Assembly (NCBI GenBank): GCA_020184695.1
Contig: JAANOX010000087.1
Location: forward strand, 310,001-374,000
DNA length: 64,000 bases
DNA from: Histomonas meleagridis 2922-C6/04-290x
Taxonomy: Eukaryota; Protista; Parabasalia
Direction: 5' to 3'
Positions 44,488 to 56,430 of the stretch are shown here, in pieces; the stretch's first letter is position 1; each line of letters begins with the position of its first letter. The notes under the pieces are model-generated. The model was not told the DNA's origin. It ran no database searches and was given only the letters and a program-made list of their open reading frames with translations. A program made the position numbers and the translations under genes.

Positions 44488-47400
44488 ATGTCAAATATTT
44501 TCTTCACAATATTCAATAGGTTTGTCCAATCTGAACTTCCATTAATGGAAAGCCAAGAAAAAGAATCTTTACATATGTTAAAAACTCTCCAAAATATCAC
44601 ATTAAACATGAACGAAAAAAGTAAGTTAGGTGATGTTCAAATAGCTTTAGATCTTTTTAATGTTAATTTTCCATTTTCTTTTAATTTTGTTCTTTGTCAT
44701 TCAGTATATTCATCTTTTGTTTCTAGAATGAAAGATTTCAACATTTATTTTGAATTTTTACAGGCAGTTGAAGCAAAAGAAAAAGAATTATTTAAAAATG
44801 ATTTCAATATTTTTGATATTTTTTCACATATTCTTCTTATCAAAACAACGCAAGAATCAAATTATCTTTTAGAAAAGCTTTATGAAAAAAATATTATTAA
44901 TGATGAAATTCTTAAGCGCAAAAAGTCATTTTATTTTGCACAATACAAAACTTTAGATGAACTCAAAAATGACAAATATGAACCTTTTTCAGAACAATTT
45001 TTAGATAATTATGAAGAACTTTCAAAGAATGATTGGGAACTTCATAAAAAATTAATTAAAGAAGGAGTTAATCCAAATGAAATTGCAAAGATAATTCGAA
45101 ATGATGAAATCGAAAAACTTCAAGAAATATCATCACGAGATAATTTTGATTTTAATCAAACAATTGAACCATCACTTTATGAAAGATGTTCATTCATTAA
45201 CCAAGAAAATGTTACATTAATTGATTACGCAGCATTTTTTGGATCTGTTAAATGTTTTAAATATTTACTTATGAATGGTGCAAATGTTAAAAATACAGGT
45301 AAATATGCAATTGCAGGCGGAAACTTAGAGATAATTCATTTATGTGAACAAACATCATTCATCATTTGAAGGCGCATATTCAGCAGCAATTGAATTCCAT
45401 CGAATTGATATTATGCAATATGTTCATGAAAACGAAATTTTAGACGTAAGATATATAGCCGAATTTGGAAGACAATGTATTTATCATAATAACTATGAAC
45501 TTTTCACATATTTCAAAGATGAAGGAATGGAAATTGATGATTCTTTTTATGAATGAAGCAGCTAAGAATGGAAATATATTTCTTGTTCAATATTTTAATG
45601 AAGAGGTTCAAATACCAAATAATGTTTTGGTATCAGCTTCAAAATCGGGTAATTTAGAATTAGTTAAATATCTTATAACACAAAAGAAAATCAATGTAAA
45701 TGTTAAAGATATTCAATATTTCTATTTAATGTTAATTTCGTGGGAAATGGATTTCTTTAAAATATTTAATTTTCATTGGTATTGTTTGATACAGCATTTA
45801 TAGTTGCATCAGAATATGAGAATTGTGGCTTAGTTAAATTTCTTCTCGAACAAGAAGATATTAATGTTATTGCAAGAAATGTTTTTTAATTTTGTATAAA
45901 ATATCTTTCTAAAATTTGATGTGTTTTAATGATATTCGGATTTAATTGAAATCATTTGAAACAGCACTTATTTGGGCATCACAAAAAGGTCATACAGAAA
46001 TAGTTAAATTACTTCTTGAACAAGAAGGAATTGATATTAATGCTATAAATATTCGTTTATCTTGTTTAAAATATATTTTAATAATTTAGAATTTCATAAT
46101 AATATTTGGAAATTATTTAAATTATTTTATACAGCACTTATTTTAGCATCTTGGAATGGTCATACAGAAATAGTTAAATTACTTCTTGAATAAAAAGGAA
46201 TTGATATTAATGCTAAAGATATTTATTTATTTTATTTAATGATTATTTTAATAATTTAATATTTCAAAATAATATTTGGAAATTATTTAAATTATTTTAT
46301 ACAGCACTTATGTGGGCATCTTGGAATGGTCATATAGAAATAGTTAAATTACTTCTTGAACAAAAAGGAATTGATATTAATGCTAAAGATATTTATTTGT
46401 TTTATTTAAAATTTATTTTAATAATTTAATATTTCAAAATAATATTTGGAAATTATTTAAATTATTTTATACAGCACTTATGTGGGCATCTTGGAATGGT
46501 CATATAGAAATAGTTAAATTACTTCTTGAACAAAAAGGAATTGATATTAATGCTAAAAATATTTATTTGTTTTGTTTTGGATTTATATGAATAATTTAGT
46601 ATTTCAAAATAATATTTGGAAATTATGTAAATTATTTTATACAGCACATATTTTAGCATCTTTAAATGGTCATACAGAAATAGTTAAATTACTTCTTGAA
46701 CAAAAAGGAATTGATATTAATGCTAAAGATATTTATTTATTTTATTTAATGATTATTTTAATAATTTAATATTTCAAAATAATATTTGGAAATTATTTAA
46801 ATTATTTTATACAGCACTTATGTGGGCATCTTGGAATGGTCATATAGAAATAGTTAAATTACTTCTTGAACAAAAAGGAATTGATATTAATGCTAAAAAT
46901 ATTTATTTGTTTTGTTTTGGATTTATATGAATAATTTAGTATTTCAAAATAATATTTGGAAATTATGTAAATTATTTTATACAGCACATATTTTAGCATC
47001 TTTAAATGGTCATACAGAAATAGTTAAATTACTTCTTGAACAAAAAAAGGAATTGATATTAATGCTAAAGATATTTATTTATTTTATTTAATGATTATTT
47101 TAATAATTTAATATTTCAAAATAATATTTGGAAATTATTTAAATTATTTTATACAGCACTTATGTGGGCATCTTGGAATGGTCATATAGAAATAGTTAAA
47201 TTACTTCTTGAACAAAAAGGAATTGATATTAATGCTATAAATATTCGTTTATCTTGTTTAAAATATATTTTAATAATTTAGAATTTCATAATAATATTTG
47301 GAAATTATGTAAATTATTTTATACAGCACATATTTTAGCATCTTTAAATGGTCATACAGAAATAGTTAAATTACTTCTTGAACAAAAAGGAATTGATATT

Positions 47401-47680
47401 AATGCTAAAGATATTTATTTATTTTATTTAATGATTATTTTAATAATTTAATATTTCAAAATAATATTTGGAAATTATTTAAATTATTTTATACAGCACT
47501 TATTTTGGCATCGAGAAATGGTCACACTGAAATCGTTAAATTACTTCTTGAACAAGAAGGAATTGATATTAATGCTAAAAATATTTATTTGTTTTATCTA
47601 AAATTTATTTCAATAATTTAACATTTCAAAATAATATTTGGAAATTTTTCATAATTTGTTTAACTGCAATTAATCTTTAA
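44488..47680 (+). pseudogene. DUF3447-type/ankyrin gene with 12 spacers; several lesions
   Basis: Frameshifts near 45348, 45545-45549 and 47042-47048, and TAA at 46191. Spacers at 45711-45790, 45881-45960, 46051-46130, 46221-46300, 46391-46470, 46561-46640, 46731-46810, 46901-46980, 47073-47152, 47243-47322, 47413-47492 and 47583-47662, all 80 nt. Confidence 0.8.
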
Positions 47681-49110
47681 TAATGAAAATATCCTGTCAT
47701 TGCTCAAAGAAAAGATTCAGTAAAATTGATGTTCATACAAAAAGAAAAATATAAAATAATGTACTCAAACTGAGAAAATAGAGATATTCTGATGAATTTT
47801 TTAATTTTTATTATGAATTCCTATCGTCACTTGAGTAAAAATCTGTTTTCAAATTGAGAAAAAAATATAAAGATCAAAATGGAAATTTCGAAATCAATTT
47901 TCCCAAAATATATATTTTTAAAGTCCGCTCTTAATTATTATCGATGTATATTATATTTTATAGATGGTAGTTCTTGAAATCTTCAGGATGATTTTTTTTC
48001 ATTCAATTTTCTTCATTTTATGATCACTTTATTTTAAATTGTTTCTAAAAAGTTCTATGAAGTGGAGGTGGGTTTTTTTCTAGCTATAATATCAAAATAA
48101 AGTAAATATTAAAATATATATATATATATTGCTTAATTTTAATGATTTCCCAAGATATTTATATTTCGATGGTCAAAAAGTGCTCGAAATTTGGTTTTTT
48201 GTGTGTGTTTTGTTATGTGATCATTTTCAATCAAAATTTTTGTAATTAAAATAGTTATATTTGGTAGATAGAAAACAAATATGAAAGAATAAAAAAAAGC
48301 TCCTCTACATTAGTTACATTATGGCTATCTATAATTATTTTCAGATGCTGATTTGAAATATGATAAATTGTGATTGATATTAAATAAAAAACAAAACACG
48401 ATTTTAATAACATCATGTATACCCATTGATAACTTTATCATGAAAGATTTTTATGAAAAAAATCGTTACTATACCATGTATATGTTACATGGTATTATAT
48501 TTTTCCTCAACTGATTTTATGTTTTAAAGAGTCAAATATAAACCATTAAATAAGATATGAAAAATTTTAAATATAAAGATTGATGTTATCTGTATAAAAT
48601 TCATATGTGAATAGTAATATATATAAATAACAGATCAGAAAAGAAAAAATTCACAAATATTTTGAGAAATTCATGATCAAAAAATGAAATATGATTTTAT
48701 TAGAAATAGATTTGATATTGAAATATGTCTGCTTTATTTTATACATATTTTATTAGTAATTAACCAAAAGATCAATGTGTTTGTCTTTCATCATTTTAAA
48801 TGGAGTCTTTTGAAATTGAATACCTTATACCAAAAGTTAAGTGATTAAGTAAAAAAGTTCATCTTTTTCTATTAAATGCAGCGGTTATATAAATCAACCT
48901 GAAATCGGCCACGTCCTTGTAAAATGCTGTCAATTTATTGAATCAATTCAAATATTGTCAAAGTAAGATTTTATTCGGTGTGGGCCTTTGAATTGAAAGG
49001 CCAAATTCAGCTTTTTGAAAGCGGGTACCCTCGAAAACCCACCCATTTTTTTGTAATAAAAATTCTGAACTTGTTCAAAAAGTGGACAGGCGAAAAGAAA
49101 GCAGACCGAA

Positions 49111-51021
49111 ATGTCTTTTGGTGGTTTCTGCGCAATAGATACTCACATTCCAGCTAGCGAAGTAATAATCGAAGGAGAACAAAATGGAATGATAGCTGAT
49201 ATCAGATATACGCAAGTAATTAAGACAAACGCTGATACGAAACAACTTACCTATCACTTCCCAACGCAAGGCAACTTTTGCATCTACAAATTAATCTTTG
49301 ATGTTGGAGGAAACATTGTTGACTTGAAACTCAAAGTTAGAAATTTGAATGCAATTTCACAAACTTTTACTAAACCAAGCATTTATCCCATTGGAAGTGT
49401 CCCAGCCCAAACCGAGGTCAAGGTCATTGCGTTTTGCGCATTTGAAGCAAATCTTGAAGATCAACAAACAATTCTTACTAATTTTCCACTTGATACAATG
49501 TTGCCTGATTGCTCAATTACTAACTTGCAATCTGATAGTGCCAAAATTAGCGTCAATTTGAAGATTAATCAAAACGTACCAATCAAAGAAGTTTTTACTG
49601 ATTGTAACTGTGCCTTTGAAAGAATCGACGAATATAATGCCAAAATCAGCATTGAAGAAATTCCAAAAAATTTATCATCTTTATTAATCCGAACCAAACT
49701 CGAATCTCCATTTACAGGCATTGCATTCAAAACACCTTTGACTACTGTTGTAAGTTTTGCACCTTTAATTGAAAAAATCGAGATTCCCGATAACGAATAT
49801 ATATTTTTAGTTGAGAATAGTTCCCAAATGCAAGGCCCACGAATTGACAAATTGAAGAGTTGCCTAGAAATAGTCGTTCGTTCCCTTCCACCCAAATCTA
49901 TATTTAATATCATAAAATTTAGCAATAAGCATTCCCCACTTTGGATGAAATCCTCACAACTTGAACCTTCTACATTTAAAGACGCCATCAAATTTATTCA
50001 AAACATCTCTGATTCTGGCGCAGACATTCAAGGCCTTCTTCCTGCTCTTGAATTTATTTTCAAAGAAAAACCGAAAACTAAGCGTCAAATTTTCATCGTC
50101 ACACAGGGCACCCCCGATAGACAAACTGAAATTTTCGAACTTTTTGAGCAGCACAAAAGTGACACCCGATGTTATCCCATTGGCTTTGGATTTCATGTTG
50201 ATTCCTATTTTATTGAAACATTAGCAATGAACACGTTAGGTCGATATGAGCTTGTTTTAGAAAACGAAGATCTTGCATCTAAAGTTATGTTCTTATTAAG
50301 GCATTCAATGGTTGAATGTTTTAACATTGAAGAGATTAATGTTCCAGAATTTCAAAAGTCATCTATTCAACCGATATATCCCTGCAGCAACAAGAACTTA
50401 TTTTTCAAGACATCTGATTTTGGTGACAACATTACATTAAAAGGACAATTCAAGAACGAACTTCTTGAGTACACTATACCCGTTGCTAAAGATGTTTGGG
50501 AAAGTAATTGTATTCATTCGTTACAAGCGTTTCATCTTATCCAGAAGTATCAAAGCAACATTGCCACTGAAGAATATGTTGTTGATTTATCTATCGAAAA
50601 TAACATTCTCTCTGACGTCACATGTTATATTAATGTCATCGACAACAGAGTTTTCGAAAGTAATAACATCCGTAACGTTAACCAAAAGAAACATAACAAT
50701 ATAACGAAGTCGAAAACTCCGAAATTCGATTACGTAATGTTGTTGCTGCAACAAGACCCGGCAGGATTCTGGAGCAAGTCGAAGAAGTTGTTGAAGCTTT
50801 TGGATAAAAAAGATTACCCGAACTTTAAGGAGGCGAAAAGTGTTAACAAAAAGGATAAAGTGATTCCGACTGTGGCAGCAATCGCTTTGCTATATAAGAA
50901 GGCACTACAGTATAGAGACGCGTGGATATTCATCGAGGAAAAGGCGATGAAGTGGCTCTCGTCGATAAATGGAAGCATGAAGTGGAACGAGGTGATCAGT
51001 GGAGTGGTGCAGACTTTGTAA
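49111..51021 (+). CDS. VIT + von Willebrand factor A domain protein (VWA5A-like)
   Basis: N-terminal VIT-like region, YIFLVENSSQMQG (degenerate MIDAS), FNIIKFS, IFIVTQG, CYPIGFG; C-terminal LLQQDPAGFWS...TVAAIALL. Confidence 0.85.
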   Translation: MSFGGFCAIDTHIPASEVIIEGEQNGMIADIRYTQVIKTNADTKQLTYHFPTQGNFCIYKLIFDVGGNIVDLKLKVRNLNAISQTFTKPSIYPIGSVPAQTEVKVIAFCAFEANLEDQQTILTNFPLDTMLPDCSITNLQSDSAKISVNLKINQNVPIKEVFTDCNCAFERIDEYNAKISIEEIPKNLSSLLIRTKLESPFTGIAFKTPLTTVVSFAPLIEKIEIPDNEYIFLVENSSQMQGPRIDKLKSCLEIVVRSLPPKSIFNIIKFSNKHSPLWMKSSQLEPSTFKDAIKFIQNISDSGADIQGLLPALEFIFKEKPKTKRQIFIVTQGTPDRQTEIFELFEQHKSDTRCYPIGFGFHVDSYFIETLAMNTLGRYELVLENEDLASKVMFLLRHSMVECFNIEEINVPEFQKSSIQPIYPCSNKNLFFKTSDFGDNITLKGQFKNELLEYTIPVAKDVWESNCIHSLQAFHLIQKYQSNIATEEYVVDLSIENNILSDVTCYINVIDNRVFESNNIRNVNQKKHNNITKSKTPKFDYVMLLLQQDPAGFWSKSKKLLKLLDKKDYPNFKEAKSVNKKDKVIPTVAAIALLYKKALQYRDAWIFIEEKAMKWLSSINGSMKWNEVISGVVQTL

Positions 51022-51964
51022 GCCTGAAAGTGATGCAAAGTAAGTAAATCAATAAAATATATTTGACTCTCTTCAAGTGAAATGTATTCGGTTCTGGTTG
51101 ACTTAGCAATGAATGCGAATTAGGTTTTTTATGTGGGCGTTATAAAGCAATTGAAATATTGAATGTTAGCGAGTGATTTGAGCAAGTTTGGACTGAAATA
51201 TTTTGTTTCTTGATATGTTTTTGTTTTATGATAAGATAGATCAATAGCACTTAAGGTTGTCTTTAGGATGTTAAAGAGAATACAAATTGAGACAAAATAT
51301 CTCATAAATTTCTGTATAACTATAAAATAGAATTATGAAGTTTTAATATTACACGATAGAAATAATTCTCAATAATTAATTATACAATTTAATGATATTT
51401 TTTATTAAAACAGAATATATTTATTTGAAGGCTCCGTACCCTATAACATGAGCTTCGGCCCCAATACATCATTATTCTTCACATAAAATCGAATTTTTCT
51501 CAAGGTTCCTCTTTTGCACACTTTTGTTTTTGCTTACCTTCTTTTTTTGACTCAGCTTTATCTACACAGAATTAATCCTTGTTTCTTAGACAACTTTTTT
51601 ATTCAATAATATTAGTATTAGGTCCTTCACGTGCTAATGGAAGAATAAGTCCTTGAGAATTAGATATTGTAAGTGGAGTATTGGGTGTTCAAGTGGGGCT
51701 GCTGGAGTGCTATTGTAAGCTGTGATCAAAGAGGAATTTAATGACTTGTATAAAAATAACATATAATAAGCAATTTGGTGACTACCATGATGATTGCAGG
51801 ATATTTAATTTAAAAATTTAGTTTCTAGTGGTTGATTTTAAACGTCTGTTAATTTCCGCGTTTTTGACGCGGAAAATCGTCGATTCTTAGTAATTTATAA
51901 ATGGAAAAACAAAAGGAGAAGAAAAAACAAATTCAGTTCATAATTATTGGGATTTACTCATGTT

Positions 51965-52510
51965 ATTAATATTTGGAAATTATTTAAAATGTTTATGACA
52001 GCAATTATGTTTGCATATAAAGCAAAAATTAAAACACTCTTTCTTGAATATGATCAATTGATCTTAATATTAAAGATATTTATTTGTTTTATTTAAAATT
52101 GATTTTAAATAATTAAAATTACGAAATAATATTTGTAAATTATTTCAATTATTTAATACATTACTTATTTTAGTATCTTCAAATGGGCATATAGGAAATG
52201 TTAAATTACTTTTTAAGAAAGGAATTGATATTAATGATAAAAATATTTATTTGTTTTATCTAAAATTTATTTTATTAATTTTATATTTTCAAATAATATT
52301 TGGAAATTATTTAAATTATTTAATACAGCACTTATTAAAGCATCTGAAAATGGTCATACAGAAATAGTCAAGTGACTTTTTGAACAAAAGTTAATTGATA
52401 TTAATGCTAATGGTGATGGATTGCCTTATTTAAAATATATTTTAATAATTTTATATTTAAAAATAATTATAAATTTTTCAAAATGTTTAAAGCAGCACTT
52501 ATTTCAATAT
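51965..52510 (+). pseudogene. Orphan decayed ankyrin + spacer array
   Basis: Spacers at 52078-52157 (80 nt), 52245-52324 (80 nt) and 52415-52491 (77 nt). Ankyrin blocks carry a TGA stop and deletions; no N-terminal domain. Confidence 0.8.
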
Positions 52511-52741
52511 AGAAATGATCAAATTATATTTTTCTTAATATAAATATTTTTTTTACCACAAAAATTTTATAAACAAGAATTGTTAATGAAACTTTATATT
52601 GTTTTTAGAAAATTATTTAAAATAATATAATGAATCACTCCATACAAACAAAAATTTTCATTTTCATTCATTGCATACAAACACTTTGTAGTGAAATTTT
52701 GTAGCTTTGTTCGAATTTGGAATTGGTCGAACCAAAATTTA

Positions 52742-54157
52742 ATGACGAGAGTCATCTCGACCACAATTAATGGAATCAAGACATATCATATATCAGCAGA
52801 AACTGCTCTGCCAACACAATATGGAGACAAAGCAAATCGAAGAATTGGTACTCATGCAGAGCTAAAAAACAGAATTAGCTTTATTCAAGAATTTGAATTT
52901 CCAAACTGCTCTAGAATTATACAACTCACAAGAGATGGTCTGACGTTAGGTGTTTCTGGTGAGTATCCACCACAAATCAAAATTTTTGATTTAGCCGATT
53001 TAAGTCAAACCACAAACTTTTTTGTTAAGCAGATTCCAACCTATTTTGATTTTGTTTCCGATGATTGGTCTAAGCTTGTTTCCTTAAGAGGAGATCGCAA
53101 ATTAGATTTTTATACTAAAGGTGGCATTTATCACACATTAAATCTACCTATTCGTTGCCGCCACTTTGTTTATAATAGACCCACAGCCGATCTTCTTCTT
53201 TCTTCTGAAGATTCCCAAATTCTTCGACTTAATCTTGAGCTTGGACATTTTGTTCCCTCAATTCCATGCTGCGAACAGTATGGAAATTTCATCACTGTCT
53301 CAGATGTCCACCAACTTATCTGTTGTGGTTATGAAAATGGAGTAATTGAATTTTTCGATCCACGTGACAAACGTTCAATCACAGCCATTAAACTTGAAAG
53401 CGAAGTTACTCGGCTTTGCTTTGATAACACAGGTCTTAAACTAGCTGTAGGCTTATCTAATGGGAAAGTATCTGTATTTGATATTCGTTCATCAACACCA
53501 CAATTTTCATATTCGCATCGAAATCAATTTCCTATCCATTCTATATCATTCCATAGCAATCATAAAATCATTTCTGGCGATCGAAGAGGCTGTCGAATCT
53601 ATAACGAAACCGATGGCACTTTTTACACGTCATTTGAAACACGTTCGCGAATGAATAATGTCATTTCGTATCCTGATAGTGGACTTTTATTTGCGGCTGT
53701 TGATGAAGAAAAGATTCAAGCGATGTTAATACCTGATTTAGGACCATCGCCAAGATGGGCATCATTTCTTGATGATCTTATTCTTGATGTTGAAGCAGAT
53801 GCTGAAGAAAGAACGCCATTATATGACGACATGAAATTTATAACCAGAGAAGAACTTGAGAAATGTGGAATGGAACATTTGATTAAGACTTCGATATTGA
53901 AGCCTTACATGCACGGGTTCTTCGTGCCGAGAGAATTATATAGAATGATCAATAACCCAACGGATGTCGAAGAGGCAATTTCACTTATGAAGAAAGAGAA
54001 ACAAGCGAAGAAAGTCGCCGAACAAGAAAAGAGAATCGTTCAGCCAAGAAAGGCACAACAACAAAACCTTGGAGACCTCGAAATTACTGAATTCGACTCC
54101 AAGAGAAAGGCTAAAAAGAAGAAAGAAATGCGTAAGGATCCATATTATCAAAATTAA
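52742..54157 (+). CDS. NOL10: Nucleolar protein 10 / Enp2 (WD40)
   Basis: RISFIQEFEFP, GEYPPQIKIFDL, FIPDLGPSPRWASFLD-like, YDDMKFITREEL and YMHGFFV match NOL10/Enp2; start ATG 52742. Confidence 0.9.
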   Translation: MTRVISTTINGIKTYHISAETALPTQYGDKANRRIGTHAELKNRISFIQEFEFPNCSRIIQLTRDGLTLGVSGEYPPQIKIFDLADLSQTTNFFVKQIPTYFDFVSDDWSKLVSLRGDRKLDFYTKGGIYHTLNLPIRCRHFVYNRPTADLLLSSEDSQILRLNLELGHFVPSIPCCEQYGNFITVSDVHQLICCGYENGVIEFFDPRDKRSITAIKLESEVTRLCFDNTGLKLAVGLSNGKVSVFDIRSSTPQFSYSHRNQFPIHSISFHSNHKIISGDRRGCRIYNETDGTFYTSFETRSRMNNVISYPDSGLLFAAVDEEKIQAMLIPDLGPSPRWASFLDDLILDVEADAEERTPLYDDMKFITREELEKCGMEHLIKTSILKPYMHGFFVPRELYRMINNPTDVEEAISLMKKEKQAKKVAEQEKRIVQPRKAQQQNLGDLEITEFDSKRKAKKKKEMRKDPYYQN

Positions 54158-54480
54158 TAAAAATATGTTTTTGTAATTAATTTCATTTGATGTCAAAAAT
54201 TTTTTTTAGAACATTAATATTATAATGAATAAAATTTACAAAATTGGATAAATAAAATTCTCCATATAGATAAATTATAACATATTAATTTCAATACATA
54301 TATAACGTTGCATAAAGTTTGGTGCAATTCATCTAAAACGTTTCCGCGGTCAATAATCAAAAAGTGCTTCCGAGTATTCAATTATTTGTATGAGCTTCTC
54401 AAAAACTGGGTTCGTGGTCGTCAATAATTTGAATCGTTTATTACAAGGCCAAAGTTTCAGTTCACTTTGTTTATTGTCCC

Positions 54481-55803
54481 ATGGGTAAGGAGAAAGAACA
54501 TATCAATCTCGTCGTTATCGGACACGTCGATGCTGGTAAATCAACAACAACAGGCCACTTAATCTACAAGTGCGGTGGTATCGATAAGAGAAAGCTCGCC
54601 CAAATCGAAAAGGAAGCCGTCCAACTTGGTAAGGGTTCCTTCAAATACGCCTTCGTTATGGATAACCTCAAGGCCGAACGTGAACGTGGTATCACAATCG
54701 ATATCTCCCTTTGGAAATTCGAATCACCAAAATACATGTTCACAATCATTGATGCTCCAGGACACAGAGACTTCATCAAGAACATGATCACAGGTACATC
54801 CCAAGCCGATGCTGCCGTCCTTGTTATTGATGCCACACGTGGAGGTTTCGAAGCCGGTATTGCCGAACAAGGCCAAACCCGTGAACACGCTCTTCTTGCC
54901 TTCACCCTTGGTATCAAGCAAGTTATTGTTGGTGTCAACAAGATGGATGACAACACAGTCAACTACTCCAAGCAACGTTATGATGAAATCGTCCAAGAAA
55001 TGACACACATCCTTGGCAACATTGGTTTCAAGCCAGAACAATACAAGTTCGTCCCAATCTCCGGATTCGTCGGTGATAACATGACCGAAAAGTCACCAAA
55101 CATGCCATGGTACACAGGCGGCACACTCCTTGAAACACTCGATACACTCCAACCACCAAAGCGTCCATTCGACCGCCCACTCCGTCTTCCAGTCCAAGAT
55201 GTCTACAAGATCTCTGGTATCGGTACAGTTCCAGTTGGTCGTGTCGAATCCGGTATCATGAAGCCAAACATGACAGTCGTCTTCGCACCATCAACAGTCA
55301 CCACCGAAGTTAAGTCCATCGAAATGCACCACACACAACTCCCAGAGGCCGTCCCAGGAGATAACATCGGTTTCAACGTCAAGAACGTCGCAGTCTCTGA
55401 CATCAAGCGTGGTTACGTCGTCGGTGAAGCTAACCGTGATCCACCAATGCAATGCATCAACTTCACAGCACAAATGATCATCTCCAACCACCCAGGCAAG
55501 ATCCACGCTGGCTACCAACCAGTTTTCGACTGCCACACAGCTCACATCGCTTGCAAGTTCGACAAGCTCGTCCAACGTATCGACCGTCGTCACGGTAAGA
55601 AGGTCACAGAAAACCCAGAATGGATCCAAAAGGATGATGCTGCTGTCGTCGTCGTCGTCCCATCAAAGCCACTCGTCGTCGAAACATTCAAGGAATACGC
55701 TGCATTAGGAAGATTCGCTGTTCGTGATATGAAGCAAACAGTCGCTGTTGGCGTTATCCGTGCTGTCGAAAAGAAGGTCGTTGAAGATAAGAAGAAGAAG
55801 TAA
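54481..55803 (+). CDS. EF1A: Translation elongation factor 1-alpha
   Basis: [29 protein letters not shown] and GRFAVRDM; high-expression codon bias; Inr-like TCACT upstream. Confidence 0.99.
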   Translation: MGKEKEHINLVVIGHVDAGKSTTTGHLIYKCGGIDKRKLAQIEKEAVQLGKGSFKYAFVMDNLKAERERGITIDISLWKFESPKYMFTIIDAPGHRDFIKNMITGTSQADAAVLVIDATRGGFEAGIAEQGQTREHALLAFTLGIKQVIVGVNKMDDNTVNYSKQRYDEIVQEMTHILGNIGFKPEQYKFVPISGFVGDNMTEKSPNMPWYTGGTLLETLDTLQPPKRPFDRPLRLPVQDVYKISGIGTVPVGRVESGIMKPNMTVVFAPSTVTTEVKSIEMHHTQLPEAVPGDNIGFNVKNVAVSDIKRGYVVGEANRDPPMQCINFTAQMIISNHPGKIHAGYQPVFDCHTAHIACKFDKLVQRIDRRHGKKVTENPEWIQKDDAAVVVVVPSKPLVVETFKEYAALGRFAVRDMKQTVAVGVIRAVEKKVVEDKKKK

Positions 55804-56430
55804 AGACAATAAATCTTCAATACATTAACATGATTTGTTTTAACTTGTTTTCCCATAAAATCGGGTATTCTAATATATTAATATAGTTTAAATACATTTT
55901 CTAATAAATTAGAAGATATAACATTCTCAAATTCATTTATTTTAACATATTCTTGATCAATTATGTAAACATTAACATTTAATAAAATAATTTCAACGTA
56001 TTCGTATTCATTTACATTTACATCAATATTATTATACCAAACTCCCACAAAATAAAGTTCAAGAAGATCGAATATCAACAAGTCTTCTAGTCGGCATAAT
56101 ATGCGTTTCCGTTGTCATTGTACTTTTAATTATCGGAATTATTATATTTCTTGTCCATAGAAGTAAAATTCGGCATTTTAATAAATCACAAACACACTCT
56201 CTGACATCATCAACCTCCAATGACAACAAAACAGAAAATATTAAACAAGATTACAAACGATATATAATTGAAGATAATGATCAATGGATATAATCTTTTT
56301 GTATATATTTTTTTTATCTTAATAAAAGCTATATTAAATCTGAATAATTTTTCTTCTTCTTTAAGATAATTTTTTTTTTTTAGTATAAAATAATTCAAAA
56401 CTTTCCGATATTTAACCGTAAAATCACATA

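Noticed and set aside
46391-46470. Classical -1 frameshift (T TTA AAA slippery site plus hairpin) as the explanation for the spacer
   Set aside because: It works for some copies, but others stop at codon 2 or 3 of frame 0 before any slippery site, and some have stops late in the -1 frame (45881-45960, 29272-29354).
46572-47451. Small 65-aa ORFs (also 27953-28159) as independent genes
   Set aside because: They are single ankyrin blocks with read-in from flanking spacers and TTG pseudo-starts.
45961-47662. CRISPR-like array
   Set aside because: The 170-nt period has protein-coding blocks and mutually homologous spacers; eukaryotic context and no cas genes.
51420-51760. Slightly GC-richer intergenic patch as a possible gene remnant
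   Set aside because: No frame gave a recognisable motif.
51853-51875. Hairpin TTTCCGCGT-TTTTG-ACGCGGAAA
   Set aside because: Only 9 bp, isolated, with no clear gene context; may be chance or a decayed element end.
54564-55856. Antisense and alternate-frame ORFs over EF-1alpha (and similar ones over WDR1, RPS6, vWA, Exo84-like and Rictor-like genes)
   Set aside because: Shadow ORFs caused by codon bias; no recognisable domains.
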